Assembly: GCA_963697355.1 (NCBI GenBank)
Contig: CAVONV010000002.1
Coordinates: forward strand, 56,372-120,371
DNA from: an uncultured Acidobacteriota bacterium
GTDB lineage: Bacteria > Acidobacteriota > Vicinamibacteria > Marinacidobacterales > DATDRI01
Direction of reading: 5' to 3'
Length of the DNA stretch: 64,000 nucleotides
The notes below the pieces were generated by a model. It was not told where the DNA came from. It did no database searches and worked only from the letters and a program-made list of their open reading frames with translations. Made by a program: the position numbers and the translations under genes. Of this stretch, positions 28,162-38,366 are shown in pieces; the first letter of the stretch is position 1, and the number at the start of each line of letters is the position of its first letter.

Positions 28162-31161
28162 CTATTGGCCCAGTTCTTTGCGACAACGTCGGATGTGCTC
28201 GTTCTGCTCGCGTTCGCCCGGTGCGTTAGTTGCCCCCTCTTGCCAGGCTTTGTGTGCTTCCTCGGTACGGCCGAGAGCCGCGAGCGCTTTTCCCTTCCAA
28301 AAAAGAGCACGGGCTTCTTGGGGTTGGGAAGGCCTTCCGACGTGTAAGTTGTCCGGATAGGATAGTGCGCGCTCAAAGTCAGCGAGCGCCTCTTTTTGGT
28401 TTCCACGTTCGAGCTCGAGAATACCCCGCTCGATATGAGCCGTGGAGAAAAGGCCCCAAGCGTTTCGATCACCTTCCCAGTTGGAGAACGTCGCTGATTC
28501 GAGGAGCTGGATCGCGTCGTCGTATCGTTTCGCTTCGCTATAAGTTCTTGCTAGTAGAGACGTCACGTCGGCCCGGCGTCTGTTCTCAATGGGCATGGTC
28601 TCGAGGAGTTGGATAGCCGCGTGCTTGTCGTTCCGCTCAACTTGAATGCGAGCCAGATCGCGGTAGAGCACTTGGTCGTTGGGGCGTGCCGCTACCGCTT
28701 TCCGGTAGGCCTCGGCGGCGAGTGACAGGTCCCTTCCGTGATTCCAATGATACAAACCCAAGTTGCGATGGGCCACACTCAACGTTGGGTTCTTTTCCAC
28801 TGCGGATGTCCATTGCGAAACAGCGTCGTCGATCCGTCCCAAGCCTGCGTAGAGGTTGCCGAGGTAGAGGTGGGCCCTTCCGTCTTCAGAATTTTGCTCG
28901 AGAGCGTACTGAAGGATCTTGATGGTTTCCGGGCGCGACGGAAAGACGTAGTCGCTCGCAAGAGAAGAGGCCAGGTCGAGAGCCCGTTTCGCCTCGACGT
29001 CGTTACCCAAGAGCGATTCGTAGTAGGCCAAGTAGTAATGAGGCAGCGGTCGTTTTGTTCCTTCAGGGACATCATCACATAGAGTGGCTGACAGCAATCG
29101 TACGGCTTCGCCTGGAAGTTCGAGCTCTCCGAAGAACAAAACGAGCTCCAAGAAGGTGAACTCGTCTTCTCCAACGAAACGGCGTGCTTCAACGGCGAAT
29201 CGGTCCAGAGGGGTCGCGCCCAAAAGCGCGAGAACGGCTCGAGGTACTAGCCGAGTCGTACCGCTAGCGATGGTCTCATTGCAAAGCCTCTCGGCCTCCT
29301 CTCGGTGGCCTGACGCATAGAGGGCAACGAGCATCTGTTCAAAGAGCCGGATTCGGTCTGTGCCACCTTCAGTGTATCCAGCTCGGAATGCTTCGAGCGC
29401 TCCCTTGGGGTCGCCTTGGCGCATCTTGGCCCTTCCTACCAAGCTGTAGCCCAATGCGGTCGTTCCCTGGAGCCTCGTCGCCTGGTAGCCCATATGAACA
29501 GCCTTATCGAGTTCCCCCTGATGGAGCTTCACGACGCCTGAGAGGTACCACGCCAGTCCGTGACGGGGATCCCTGACCAATACCTGTTCCAGATGTTCGA
29601 CCGCGGAGGGGTGACGGCCTGCTTCACCATCGAGGACTGCCATAGAGAAGTGGGAGGCGGTGTGCCCGCCATCTTGTTCCAAAGCTCTTTCATACCACTC
29701 CCGCGCTTGAGAGCGATTCATTTGACGATCGAGCTTCTGTCCTCGGAGGTAGGTTTCCTCGACAGGCAGTGAGGCTCGCTCGTTGATGGCAGGCTCTTTC
29801 GGGATCCCAACTTCCGGGACTTCGAGCGGCGACCTGTAAGAAGCGAGGGCTCTATCCTTGCCATCCTTGATGGTGAGAAGGAAAGATGCCTCGCCAAGGT
29901 CCTCCAATTGAACGGTAACAGGTTCATCTGGAGTCAGGTCGACAGTCTTCAAACGGGAATACCCCTCGCCGCCACTGATTTCGATGTTAGCCCCGGGATA
30001 GGCGGCGGTCGATAAGATTCTCAGCTCCAGGTCTCGGCCTCGTGCGATCCGCTCCACCGCGATATCCTTCGTCGCGTACTCGAAACCTTGACCGAGTCCG
30101 AAGACGGGGCACCACCATTCCCGCCAGCGGACCTCTTGGCCCGGATACAGCATGCCGTAGTCTGCTTGTGTAGGTAGGGGGCCACTTTGTACCTCGATAT
30201 AGGGACCGTCTTCGTCGGTCAATACGGATTGGCTGGCGAGTCCGGACTCGGAGTTCCCCCAAGTCCAAGCTTTCTTGCCGGGCGTGACGTGGTGGTTGGC
30301 GACTTGGATGATGCCGTAGTCCCTATCGACATCGTATGCGCCAAAGAAGTCGAACTCACAATCGTGAGCGAATATGGACGTGGGATCGGGATAGTTCTTG
30401 AGCCAAGTGAGATCGCGGCCCTCGTGGATCGGCCAAGTAAAGAAATTCTCACCTTCGTGGTCGGTGCCGAGGGTCATGGGGTAGATGAAGCGCGTCCCTT
30501 CACGGTTGGGAAAGGCGGTGTTGTTCCAGAAGTAGTAAGAATGCGTACCGTCCGTGGGGTTGGATATCGAGAACTGTTCGTCGAGATAGGCACGACCGGG
30601 ATGAAGCGTCAAGCGTACCGTCCATAGGGTCCGAAAATTCATCTCCGTGTTCCCGATGACGAGAGATGCAGAGCCGTCGGGGTTGTCGACCGTCACGACG
30701 TCGACCGGAGAATAACTCGTTACCGTGTGACCGGTGGGCCCGCGGTTCCATTCGATCCCGCCCGAAATCCAGGCGCCTCGAAGGGCAATCAATCCCGGCT
30801 TGATCACTTGGTTGCGATAGAACATTTCCTCGCCGCGTCGCTTGTCGTAGACGGATTGAATCCGTCCGCCTATTTCCGGAAGACACATGACACGCAAGTA
30901 CTCGTTCTCTAGAAAGGCCGCCCTGTAGGTTCGGTCCTCCAATGTCGACGAGAGGTTGTCCTGCATCGTGTAGGGATAGATGAGGGATTCCTCCAATTCG
31001 TAGAATCGAGGATTGATGTCGTCGGGGTACAAGCCGTAAGTCGGGATGACCACGTCTTCGAACCAAGCTCGAACCGGTGCATCGGTCGCGGCGGCGAGTT
31101 GGGGTTGTCCCAATGCGCAAGCGACAACAAGAAAGCAGAAGATGGGTGTAGGGCAACGCAT
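28162..31161 (-). CDS. DUF5107 domain plus TPR-repeat protein, secreted
   Basis: Signal peptide. N-terminal domain of about 370 aa matching the DUF5107-type pattern. At least 10 TPR units follow, and the ORF is about 1000 aa. Confidence 0.65.
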   Translation of the reverse strand: MRCPTPIFCFLVVACALGQPQLAAATDAPVRAWFEDVVIPTYGLYPDDINPRFYELEESLIYPYTMQDNLSSTLEDRTYRAAFLENEYLRVMCLPEIGGRIQSVYDKRRGEEMFYRNQVIKPGLIALRGAWISGGIEWNRGPTGHTVTSYSPVDVVTVDNPDGSASLVIGNTEMNFRTLWTVRLTLHPGRAYLDEQFSISNPTDGTHSYYFWNNTAFPNREGTRFIYPMTLGTDHEGENFFTWPIHEGRDLTWLKNYPDPTSIFAHDCEFDFFGAYDVDRDYGIIQVANHHVTPGKKAWTWGNSESGLASQSVLTDEDGPYIEVQSGPLPTQADYGMLYPGQEVRWREWWCPVFGLGQGFEYATKDIAVERIARGRDLELRILSTAAYPGANIEISGGEGYSRLKTVDLTPDEPVTVQLEDLGEASFLLTIKDGKDRALASYRSPLEVPEVGIPKEPAINERASLPVEETYLRGQKLDRQMNRSQAREWYERALEQDGGHTASHFSMAVLDGEAGRHPSAVEHLEQVLVRDPRHGLAWYLSGVVKLHQGELDKAVHMGYQATRLQGTTALGYSLVGRAKMRQGDPKGALEAFRAGYTEGGTDRIRLFEQMLVALYASGHREEAERLCNETIASGTTRLVPRAVLALLGATPLDRFAVEARRFVGEDEFTFLELVLFFGELELPGEAVRLLSATLCDDVPEGTKRPLPHYYLAYYESLLGNDVEAKRALDLASSLASDYVFPSRPETIKILQYALEQNSEDGRAHLYLGNLYAGLGRIDDAVSQWTSAVEKNPTLSVAHRNLGLYHWNHGRDLSLAAEAYRKAVAARPNDQVLYRDLARIQVERNDKHAAIQLLETMPIENRRRADVTSLLARTYSEAKRYDDAIQLLESATFSNWEGDRNAWGLFSTAHIERGILELERGNQKEALADFERALSYPDNLHVGRPSQPQEARALFWKGKALAALGRTEEAHKAWQEGATNAPGEREQNEHIRRCRKELGQ

Positions 31162-31165
31162 AACG

Positions 31166-31873
31166 TCAATCCTTCATGAAAACGAGATCACCGAAGGCTT
31201 CCGGAACATGGAAGCTACGTCCCGGTGGCGGCGACCAAGCGGCGAGAATGACATCGGTGTCGGGATCCGTCTTGCCGCCTGGCCGCTCAATGCGAAACAG
31301 GTTGAATCGCCAGTTGTCTCCGGACTCCGGCGGCAAGGAAACATGGGTGGTGGAGGGAAGTGACCGAAATCCACCCCAGGGAAGATAAGCCACAGCGGTC
31401 CATCCGACCGACTTTCCTTCGCTGTTGCGAAGAAGTGCTGTGCGGCTCTCGAGTCCTTCTATGTTCCAGGATAGGTCCATCTCTTTTGGCTTTGCCGAGA
31501 GGACCCAGACGTCACAAACGACATTGGCGGGGTTGATTTCGACCTCGGCGTAGTGGGTGCCTTTGCGGCTTGGATCCAAGAAGATCTCTACGACCTCTTC
31601 CTCCCAGAGAGGAGCGTCACGATCCGTATAGGTGTACCAAGGGTCTACGTCTCTAACGTCGAAACGAACGTAGAGGCCCTGATCGGTCCAAAGTGCCCGA
31701 AACTCCGTGATGAGCTCCGGGGGACCGAAGCCAGCGCTCTCGGCGGCGCTCCAGACCTCATCATGCGATTCAATCAGACTCGAGTGCGATGACGTCGTGG
31801 CTGCGACTTGATATGCGGGTTTTGTTGTTGAGGAGAAAAGCCCCAGTATCAAAAGGAGTAGGATGTGATTCAT
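31166..31873 (-). CDS. CBM9-like (DOMON-like) carbohydrate-binding domain protein, secreted
   Basis: ATG 31873 gives the signal peptide MNHILLLLILGLF. Motifs YAEVEINP and FHVPEAFG. There is a 4-nt gap to the downstream DUF5107 gene. Confidence 0.6.
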   Translation of the reverse strand: MNHILLLLILGLFSSTTKPAYQVAATTSSHSSLIESHDEVWSAAESAGFGPPELITEFRALWTDQGLYVRFDVRDVDPWYTYTDRDAPLWEEEVVEIFLDPSRKGTHYAEVEINPANVVCDVWVLSAKPKEMDLSWNIEGLESRTALLRNSEGKSVGWTAVAYLPWGGFRSLPSTTHVSLPPESGDNWRFNLFRIERPGGKTDPDTDVILAAWSPPPGRSFHVPEAFGDLVFMKD

Positions 31874-31984
31874 AGATATCAACCGGATCGAGACGCCAGA
31901 TGTTAGATCGGACTGATCTTGTTGATCAATAAGCATCTCATTGAAGGAGAAAGGAGAGAGGAGGAAGGAGAAAGACAACGGGCT

Positions 31985-32130
31985 CGATTACCCGGCGGGT
32001 TTGACGTGGGCGGGTGGCAAGTAGCGACTGCTTGACTGCCCGCCTACGCGGTATTTGATTTCTACTCAGCTTCGGCGGGTCCGCTGTAGCCTTGGCGTAG
32101 GCGGACTCGACTGCTTGACCGCTTGCATTG
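31985..32130. repeat. Copy of the mosaic intergenic repeat (GACTGCTTGACTGCC and CTTCGGCGGGTCCGC modules)
   Basis: gcgactgcttgactgcccgcctacgcgg ... cttcggcgggtccgctgtagccttggcgtaggcggactcgactgcttgaccgc. These modules are shared with 50.6-50.75 kb. Confidence 0.4.
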
Positions 32131-32178
32131 ATATACTTCGAGACCAAACCTGATGAAGAACAAGGAAGGACACTCGTT

Positions 32179-34308
32179 ATGCGATATCTCTCGCAGACAC
32201 TTATTGCACACATCCTCGGCACCGTTTTGCTCACAACGGCCTGTTCGCCTCAAGATGCACCAGAGCCGAAACAAGAGACAGAAATCCTGTGGGACACGTG
32301 GGGAGTCCCTCATGTTTTCGCCGGCGACAACGAGGAGCTCTTCCGCGCATTCGGTTGGGCGCAAATGAAAAGCCACGGCGATCTCATCCTAGAGCTCTAT
32401 GGTCAAGCCCGGGGACGAGCGGCGGAGTACTGGGGAGAAGAAAAGACCGTTTCCGACCGATGGGTTCGTACGATGGGGATATACGAGCGGGCCCGCTGGT
32501 GGTATCAGGATCAGAGCTCAGAGTTTCGTCGTTACCTCGACGCTTTCGCCAAAGGGATGAACGAGTACGCTGAAGAGCACGACGAGGAGATCGACGAACG
32601 TTTCAAGAGAGTGTTGCCTGTCGATGCTGTAGATGTGCTCGCCCATGCTCAAAGGGTCATCCATTTCTCCTTCGTTGGGAGCTCGGAGGCGGTAGGACAC
32701 GCGCGTCAGCTTCTTCGGGAGGATGGAAGCAACGCTTGGGCTATCGGCCCTTCTCGAAGTGCGACCGAGCATGCCATGCTTCTCATCAATCCCCACCTTG
32801 CGTGGTCAGGCGAGCAGCTTTGGTACGAAGCCCATCTGGTGGGTCCGGACATTGATTTCTATGGCGCGGCCCTGGTGGGCTTTCCTGTTTTGGCTCTCGG
32901 GTTCAGCGACGAGCTAGGTTGGAGCCACACGGTCAATACGTTCGACGGCGCCGATTCGTTCGAGCTCACCCTGGAGGATGAAGGGTATCGCTATGATGGA
33001 GAGGTGCGTGGCTTCGAAGAAGAAGAGCAAACCCTTCTGGTTCGACGAGACGATGGGACACATCGAGAAGAAAAGCTCAACATCCGTCGCTCCTTGCATG
33101 GTCCCGTGATCGTGCAGGGAAACACAAAAGCTGTGGCCTACCGCGTCGTGGGGCTCGAGGAGTCCCGGATGCTCGAGCAATGGTGGGACATGAGCCGTGC
33201 GACGAATCTTCAACAGTTCGAGACGATTCTCGAGCGACTTCAAGTACCCATGTTCAACGTTATCTACGCGGACCACGACGGTCACATCCTCTATGTCTTC
33301 AACGGCCGAGTGCCGAAGCGTTCTCAAGGTACGTTCCTTTTCTGGTGGGGTGCGGTCCCGGGAGATACCTCCAAAACGATGTGGACCGAAGTCCATTCCT
33401 ATAGCGAGTTGCCGCGTGTCCTCGATCCGGAAAGCGGCTGGCTGCAGAACGCCAACGATCCGCCTTGGACGTCTACTTTTCCATCGACACTGGACACGAC
33501 GGATTTTCCACTCTACATGGCACCGAGGTTCATGCATTTCCGAGCTCAGCAGTCAGCCAACCTGCTGGCAGGCGACGAGCAGATCTCCTTCGAAGAGCTC
33601 GTCGACTACAAACACTGGACCAGAATGCTACTAGCCGATCGGTTTCTCGATGAGTTGATCGTTGCCGCACGTGAGCATGGTGACGAAAAAGCCAAGAAAG
33701 CCGCGGATGTTTTGGAGAGCTGGGACAGGAGCGCGAACGCAGACTCCGAGGGTGCCATCCTGTTCGAGCGATGGGCGCAGAGTATGGACTTCGAGAAGAT
33801 CGTTTTCGCCATCGATGAGGAGTCCAGGGAGCTGATGATCGACACATTTACTGAGCCTTGGAATCCGGATTCCCCTCACATGACACCCGACGGTTTTCGT
33901 CATCCGGAAAAAGCTGCGGAAGTGTTGGGGAGAGCAGCGGAGCATATCGAGAAAGAATACGGTAACCTCTCGGTAGCCTGGGGCGATGTCTACCGATTCA
34001 AACACGGAGGGAAAGATCTTCCCGCCAACGGTGGCCCTGGAGATCCGACGGGTTTGTTTCGAACAGCCTATTTCGTGCCGGGGGGGGATGGAAGAAGCCA
34101 CATCATGGCCGGAGATACCTTCTATGCTGTGGTGGAGTTCTCTCGACCGTTGAAGGCACGTGTGCTTCTGGCCTACGGCAACGCGACTCAACCGAGCTCT
34201 TCCCACGTGGGCGATCAACTCGAGTTGTTTGCGCAAAAAGAAATGCGAGTCCCTTGGCTCACTCGAGCCGAGGTCGAAGCTCATCTGGAGTCCAAGGAAA
34301 CTTTCTGA
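32179..34308 (+). CDS. Penicillin amidase / AHL-acylase family protein (peptidase S45, Ntn hydrolase), lipoprotein
   Basis: The N-terminus has the lipobox LTTACS. The internal SNAWAIGP provides the catalytic Ser. RBS aaggaagga. Confidence 0.8.
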   Translation: MRYLSQTLIAHILGTVLLTTACSPQDAPEPKQETEILWDTWGVPHVFAGDNEELFRAFGWAQMKSHGDLILELYGQARGRAAEYWGEEKTVSDRWVRTMGIYERARWWYQDQSSEFRRYLDAFAKGMNEYAEEHDEEIDERFKRVLPVDAVDVLAHAQRVIHFSFVGSSEAVGHARQLLREDGSNAWAIGPSRSATEHAMLLINPHLAWSGEQLWYEAHLVGPDIDFYGAALVGFPVLALGFSDELGWSHTVNTFDGADSFELTLEDEGYRYDGEVRGFEEEEQTLLVRRDDGTHREEKLNIRRSLHGPVIVQGNTKAVAYRVVGLEESRMLEQWWDMSRATNLQQFETILERLQVPMFNVIYADHDGHILYVFNGRVPKRSQGTFLFWWGAVPGDTSKTMWTEVHSYSELPRVLDPESGWLQNANDPPWTSTFPSTLDTTDFPLYMAPRFMHFRAQQSANLLAGDEQISFEELVDYKHWTRMLLADRFLDELIVAAREHGDEKAKKAADVLESWDRSANADSEGAILFERWAQSMDFEKIVFAIDEESRELMIDTFTEPWNPDSPHMTPDGFRHPEKAAEVLGRAAEHIEKEYGNLSVAWGDVYRFKHGGKDLPANGGPGDPTGLFRTAYFVPGGDGRSHIMAGDTFYAVVEFSRPLKARVLLAYGNATQPSSSHVGDQLELFAQKEMRVPWLTRAEVEAHLESKETF

Positions 34309-34332
34309 AGATCAGACAAGGAAGCGAGATCC

Positions 34333-37300
34333 ATGCGTTCACCAAGAGCATTCTTTTTGACGTCTCCTGTCCGTACACTGCCTCTGTGGCCCCTATGGAT
34401 GCTTCTCGCATTCTCAGGCGATGTGTCGGGGCAAGAAGTGTCCTTCGGTACAGGCGAGTGGGATATGGAGAGATATGGCAATCACCGCGCCGTCGTCGAA
34501 GTTAGCAGCGGAACCAATGCGGTCTGGGCTCACATTCCTTGGCGGCGAAGGGATGAGAACCCGGAAGCCAAGAACATCCTCGTCATGGACGAAGCAACCG
34601 GTGAACGGATCACCAACGTCGTTCGGTTGAAGATCGATCGAGAGTCGGCAGACCTCGTTTTCCAACCCATCACCGTGCCCGGTAAGGTCTACGTCTATTA
34701 CATGCCCTACGAGACTTCCGGGCGTTCGAACTACCCGACCGTCGTCTATGCTTCTCCGGAAGAAACGGCGGATAAAGCCTGGCTGAGCGATCGCCGGTTG
34801 GAGCGAGAGGAGTGGAAGCAGCTTCCACAAGCAAAGGTCGTCGAGTTTCAGTCGATTGATGAGTTCAACAGTTTTTGGCCCATGGAGGTCATCGCCACGG
34901 AGACCGAGATGAAGGCTCTCCGGGAGCTCTATCCAGAAGCTCCCTACCTGGTGTTTCCTGAAGACCGGCGCTATCCGATCCGGATGACCGATGATTTGCC
35001 GTTCCGATGGATCGAGTCCGGCGCTCGGAAGACGTTTCACGGAGAAGCACTACGCGGCGAGTTCTTCGCGTTTCAATTGGGAATCTATGCCGTTCGTCAG
35101 GCCATAGAGAATCTGGACGTTGGCTTTTCGACCTTTGTTCACCAAAATGGCGCGGACGAGATCCCGTCGGCGCGAGCCCGCTGTATCCATTTGGGAGGCG
35201 TCGATTGGACCGGTAAGCCTTTCACGAAGTCGGTCTCCGTCGAGCAGGGCAAGATACAGGCGATATGGTGCGGTCTCGACGTTCAGGAGGATACGCAACC
35301 CGGACACTATCTGGCTAAGGCTACGGTGACGGCCGACAATCTGGAATCGACGATCATTGACCTCGATATCGAGATTGAATCGGATCTCATCGAGGCTCAC
35401 GGGGACAACGAACCCTGGCGCCACTCCCGTCTCCGCTGGCTCGATTCAACGCTGGCCCTCGATGACGAACTGGTCTCTCCCTATACGGCGGTCGAGTGGG
35501 ACAACACAACTCTCAGCGTTCTCGGACGAAGGGTCAAGCTTGCCGATAGCGGCTTTCCAGGGGCTATCGTGAGCCACTTGGCTCCTGAAATGACCCACAT
35601 CACGGATGAAGGAAGAGAACTACTCTCCGCACCGATGGAGTTGGCCGTGGAGGTTGCCGAGCGACGTCTTCTCCGCTGGCAAAGCGAAGGACCTCGCGTC
35701 GTTCGGCGGGCACCGGGCATCGTGGTTTGGGAGTCCGAGAGCTCATCGGCCGAAGCGATGAAGATGAGCGTACGTGGCGCGATGGAGCTCGATGGCAACA
35801 TGGAGTACGTCGTCGTCTTGACCGCGGACGAACCGACAACGGTGGAAGATATCCGCCTCCTCATCCCCATTGAGAACAACGTCGCAAAGTACATGATGGG
35901 AATGGGACACAAGGGGGGCTTTCGTCCGGAAGAGTTCCATTGGCAGTGGGAAGTCACGAACAACCAGGACGGCGCCTGGATCGGCGACGTCAATGCGGGA
36001 CTCCAGTTCAGCATGAAGGACGAAAACTACTCTCGACCTCTCAATACAAACTTCTATCAGTCCAAGCCTTTAGTCATGCCCTCATCCTGGTCCAACGAGG
36101 GGAAGGGAGGGTGTCGGATGAAAGAAGTAGAGGAGGGTGGGACATTCTTGGTCACTTGCTTCAGTGGACCCAGAACGATCCGGCCTGGCGAGAAGCTATA
36201 CTACAATTTTCGGCTGCTGCTCACTCCATTCCGTCCTCTCGACACGAAGAAGCAGTGGGCCACGCGCTTCTTTCATCGCTTCGAGCCGCTGGACGAAATC
36301 GCCAAGACCGGCGCCAACACCGTCAACGTGCATCATGCCACGGAGATCAACCCTTGGATCAACTATCCCTTTTTGCGACCCGAAGAAATGAAGGCCTATG
36401 TCGATGAGGCTCACTCGAAGAACATGAAGGTCAAGATTTACTACACAGTGAGAGAGCTCTCGAACAAGGCTCCGGAGCTCTTTGCTCTCAAAAGCCTGGG
36501 TGACGAAATCTTCTCACACGGACCCGGCGGAGGATTCTCGTGGCTCCAGGAGCATCTCGACGGTGACTACATCGCCGGCTGGCTAGTGCCTCGCATCTTG
36601 GATGCCGCCGTGGTGAACAGCGGCGTCTCTCGATGGCACAACTACTATCTCGAGGGTCTCGCTTGGGTTGTCGACAACGTCCGGATCGACGGACTCTATA
36701 TCGACGATGTCGCTTTCGATCGGACAGTGATGAAACGGCTTCGAAAGATCCTCGATCGGGGACGGGAAGGTGCTCTCATCGATCTTCATTCCGCGAATCA
36801 ATACAACGAGAGAGACGGTTTCGCCAATAGCGCGAACCTCTATCTCGAGCACTTCCCTTATCTGGATCGCCTCTGGTTCGGGGAGTACTTCGACTACGAC
36901 TCGTCGCCCGACTTTTGGCTCATCGAGCTCTCGGGGATTCCCTTCGGACTCATGGGAGAAATGCTCCAAGACGGGGGTAATCCCTGGCGGGGGATGCTCT
37001 ATGGAATGACGACGCGTCTCCCTTGGGCCGGGGACCCTTCGGCATTGTGGCGCTTCTGGGACGAGTTTGGCATCCAGGACACGCGAATGATCGGCTATTG
37101 GGTGCCTAGCGCTCCCGTCAAGACGAACCATCCCGATGTGTTGGCGACGACCTATGTCGGCGACGGAAAAGCGTTGGTCTCGGTGGCGAGTTGGGCGCGC
37201 GAGCCCGTTGATGTCCGACTCGAGTTCGATTGGAGAGCTTTGGGAATAGAGTCCTCTTCGGCGCGCATCACGGCCTCGGCCATCAAAGATTTCCAGGAGC

Positions 37301-37371
37301 AGGCCGAGTTTTCGGTGGATGCAAAGATCCGAGTTGAGCCGGGCCGTGGTTGGCTACTGGTAATTAAGTAG
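34333..37371 (+). CDS. Large secreted protein, putative TIM-barrel glycoside hydrolase
   Basis: Signal peptide, N-terminal beta-sandwich-like region, and a central IDGLYIDDVAF-type acid motif. Family not pinned down. Confidence 0.45.
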   Translation: MRSPRAFFLTSPVRTLPLWPLWMLLAFSGDVSGQEVSFGTGEWDMERYGNHRAVVEVSSGTNAVWAHIPWRRRDENPEAKNILVMDEATGERITNVVRLKIDRESADLVFQPITVPGKVYVYYMPYETSGRSNYPTVVYASPEETADKAWLSDRRLEREEWKQLPQAKVVEFQSIDEFNSFWPMEVIATETEMKALRELYPEAPYLVFPEDRRYPIRMTDDLPFRWIESGARKTFHGEALRGEFFAFQLGIYAVRQAIENLDVGFSTFVHQNGADEIPSARARCIHLGGVDWTGKPFTKSVSVEQGKIQAIWCGLDVQEDTQPGHYLAKATVTADNLESTIIDLDIEIESDLIEAHGDNEPWRHSRLRWLDSTLALDDELVSPYTAVEWDNTTLSVLGRRVKLADSGFPGAIVSHLAPEMTHITDEGRELLSAPMELAVEVAERRLLRWQSEGPRVVRRAPGIVVWESESSSAEAMKMSVRGAMELDGNMEYVVVLTADEPTTVEDIRLLIPIENNVAKYMMGMGHKGGFRPEEFHWQWEVTNNQDGAWIGDVNAGLQFSMKDENYSRPLNTNFYQSKPLVMPSSWSNEGKGGCRMKEVEEGGTFLVTCFSGPRTIRPGEKLYYNFRLLLTPFRPLDTKKQWATRFFHRFEPLDEIAKTGANTVNVHHATEINPWINYPFLRPEEMKAYVDEAHSKNMKVKIYYTVRELSNKAPELFALKSLGDEIFSHGPGGGFSWLQEHLDGDYIAGWLVPRILDAAVVNSGVSRWHNYYLEGLAWVVDNVRIDGLYIDDVAFDRTVMKRLRKILDRGREGALIDLHSANQYNERDGFANSANLYLEHFPYLDRLWFGEYFDYDSSPDFWLIELSGIPFGLMGEMLQDGGNPWRGMLYGMTTRLPWAGDPSALWRFWDEFGIQDTRMIGYWVPSAPVKTNHPDVLATTYVGDGKALVSVASWAREPVDVRLEFDWRALGIESSSARITASAIKDFQEQAEFSVDAKIRVEPGRGWLLVIK

Positions 37372-37374
37372 GTC

Positions 37375-37407
37375 AGGGTGACTGTCCCCTTGGCGGACTG
37401 TCACCCT
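37375..37407. other. 13-bp-arm hairpin (agggtgactgtcc / ggactgtcaccct) downstream of the hydrolase gene
   Basis: Near-perfect inverted repeat without a U-tract. It shares the CTGTCCCC motif with the 12.9 and 24.19 kb hairpins. Confidence 0.4.
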
Positions 37408-37560
37408 CACCTTAGTGGACAAGACTTGTATGGGAAAAAAGGGACCTGTCCAGACCCGTCCCCTGAACTTGTTACTGACAGCATTTCTGTCGCCTTCAAC
37501 TCAGACTTGCGCGAGGATGCGCCCGACGCTGTGAAGAAAGACCACCGCGAGGAGAGAATC

Positions 37561-38142
37561 ATGATGTCATCGGTGATGATTGTCAGCCTGCTCGGGATAT
37601 CACTTCTGGCCTGGCCGCCTGCGATAGAAAAAGGACCCAAACAGAAAGCGGACACCTCTTTGGAACCTTATGCCCAGCAGGCCAACGAAGCGATAGGGAC
37701 GTTGCAGAAGGGTCTCGTGAAGGCGCTGACAAGGGCGCTCGAAGAAGGGGGTCCCGAAAAAGCCGTGTCCGTTTGTCGTGAAGAAGCCCAAAAGATCACA
37801 GCCCAACTTTCCGAGGAAATGGGAGTCGTCGTCGGTCGGACCAGCCATCTTCTCCGAAACCCGGTCAACGCACCTCGCGAATGGGCCCGACCCATCGTAG
37901 AAGAAAGCGCGGGAAAGACGACGAGCGAAGTCGAGCCTCACGTTCTAGACCTTGGAGACAAAGTCGGCGTATTGAAGCCCATCAACACGCTCGGCTTGTG
38001 TGCGAACTGCCATGGGAAGGTTGAAGAGATCGATACTGAGGTCAAGGAATCTCTGGCTGAATTCTATCCGACCGACCGGGCGGTAGGTTTTTCCGTTGGA
38101 GACCTGCGCGGCTGGATGTGGGCGGAGATCTCCAAGCGATAA
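37561..38142 (+). CDS. DUF3365-like heme-binding (CxxCH) periplasmic protein
   Basis: ATG 37561 gives the signal peptide MMSSVMIVSLLGISLLA. There is a single CANCHG motif near the C-terminus. Confidence 0.55.
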   Translation: MMSSVMIVSLLGISLLAWPPAIEKGPKQKADTSLEPYAQQANEAIGTLQKGLVKALTRALEEGGPEKAVSVCREEAQKITAQLSEEMGVVVGRTSHLLRNPVNAPREWARPIVEESAGKTTSEVEPHVLDLGDKVGVLKPINTLGLCANCHGKVEEIDTEVKESLAEFYPTDRAVGFSVGDLRGWMWAEISKR

Positions 38143-38168
38143 TATCGTTGCCAAGATGCGATAATTTC

Positions 38169-38198
38169 TTGACGACATTGCCGTCGATCGGGTATAGG
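38169..38198 (+). promoter_or_regulatory. Candidate sigma-70 promoter of the subtilase gene
   Basis: TTGACG, then 17-18 nt, then TATAGG, about 170 nt upstream of ATG 38367. Confidence 0.25.
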
Positions 38199-38366
38199 AT
38201 ATTTTGTTCGAAAGATCTTGGCGCAACAAGCTCCTTCAGGAAGCAGACGTGGAGGAACCTTCCAACGACAGTGCTCGTCCAGACGATCTACTACGCAGAG
38301 TCTTCGTGGCTTCCTGACAACCAATTCATTTTTGTTTCCTAGAACAAGGGGGGAGGAGACAGTCTC

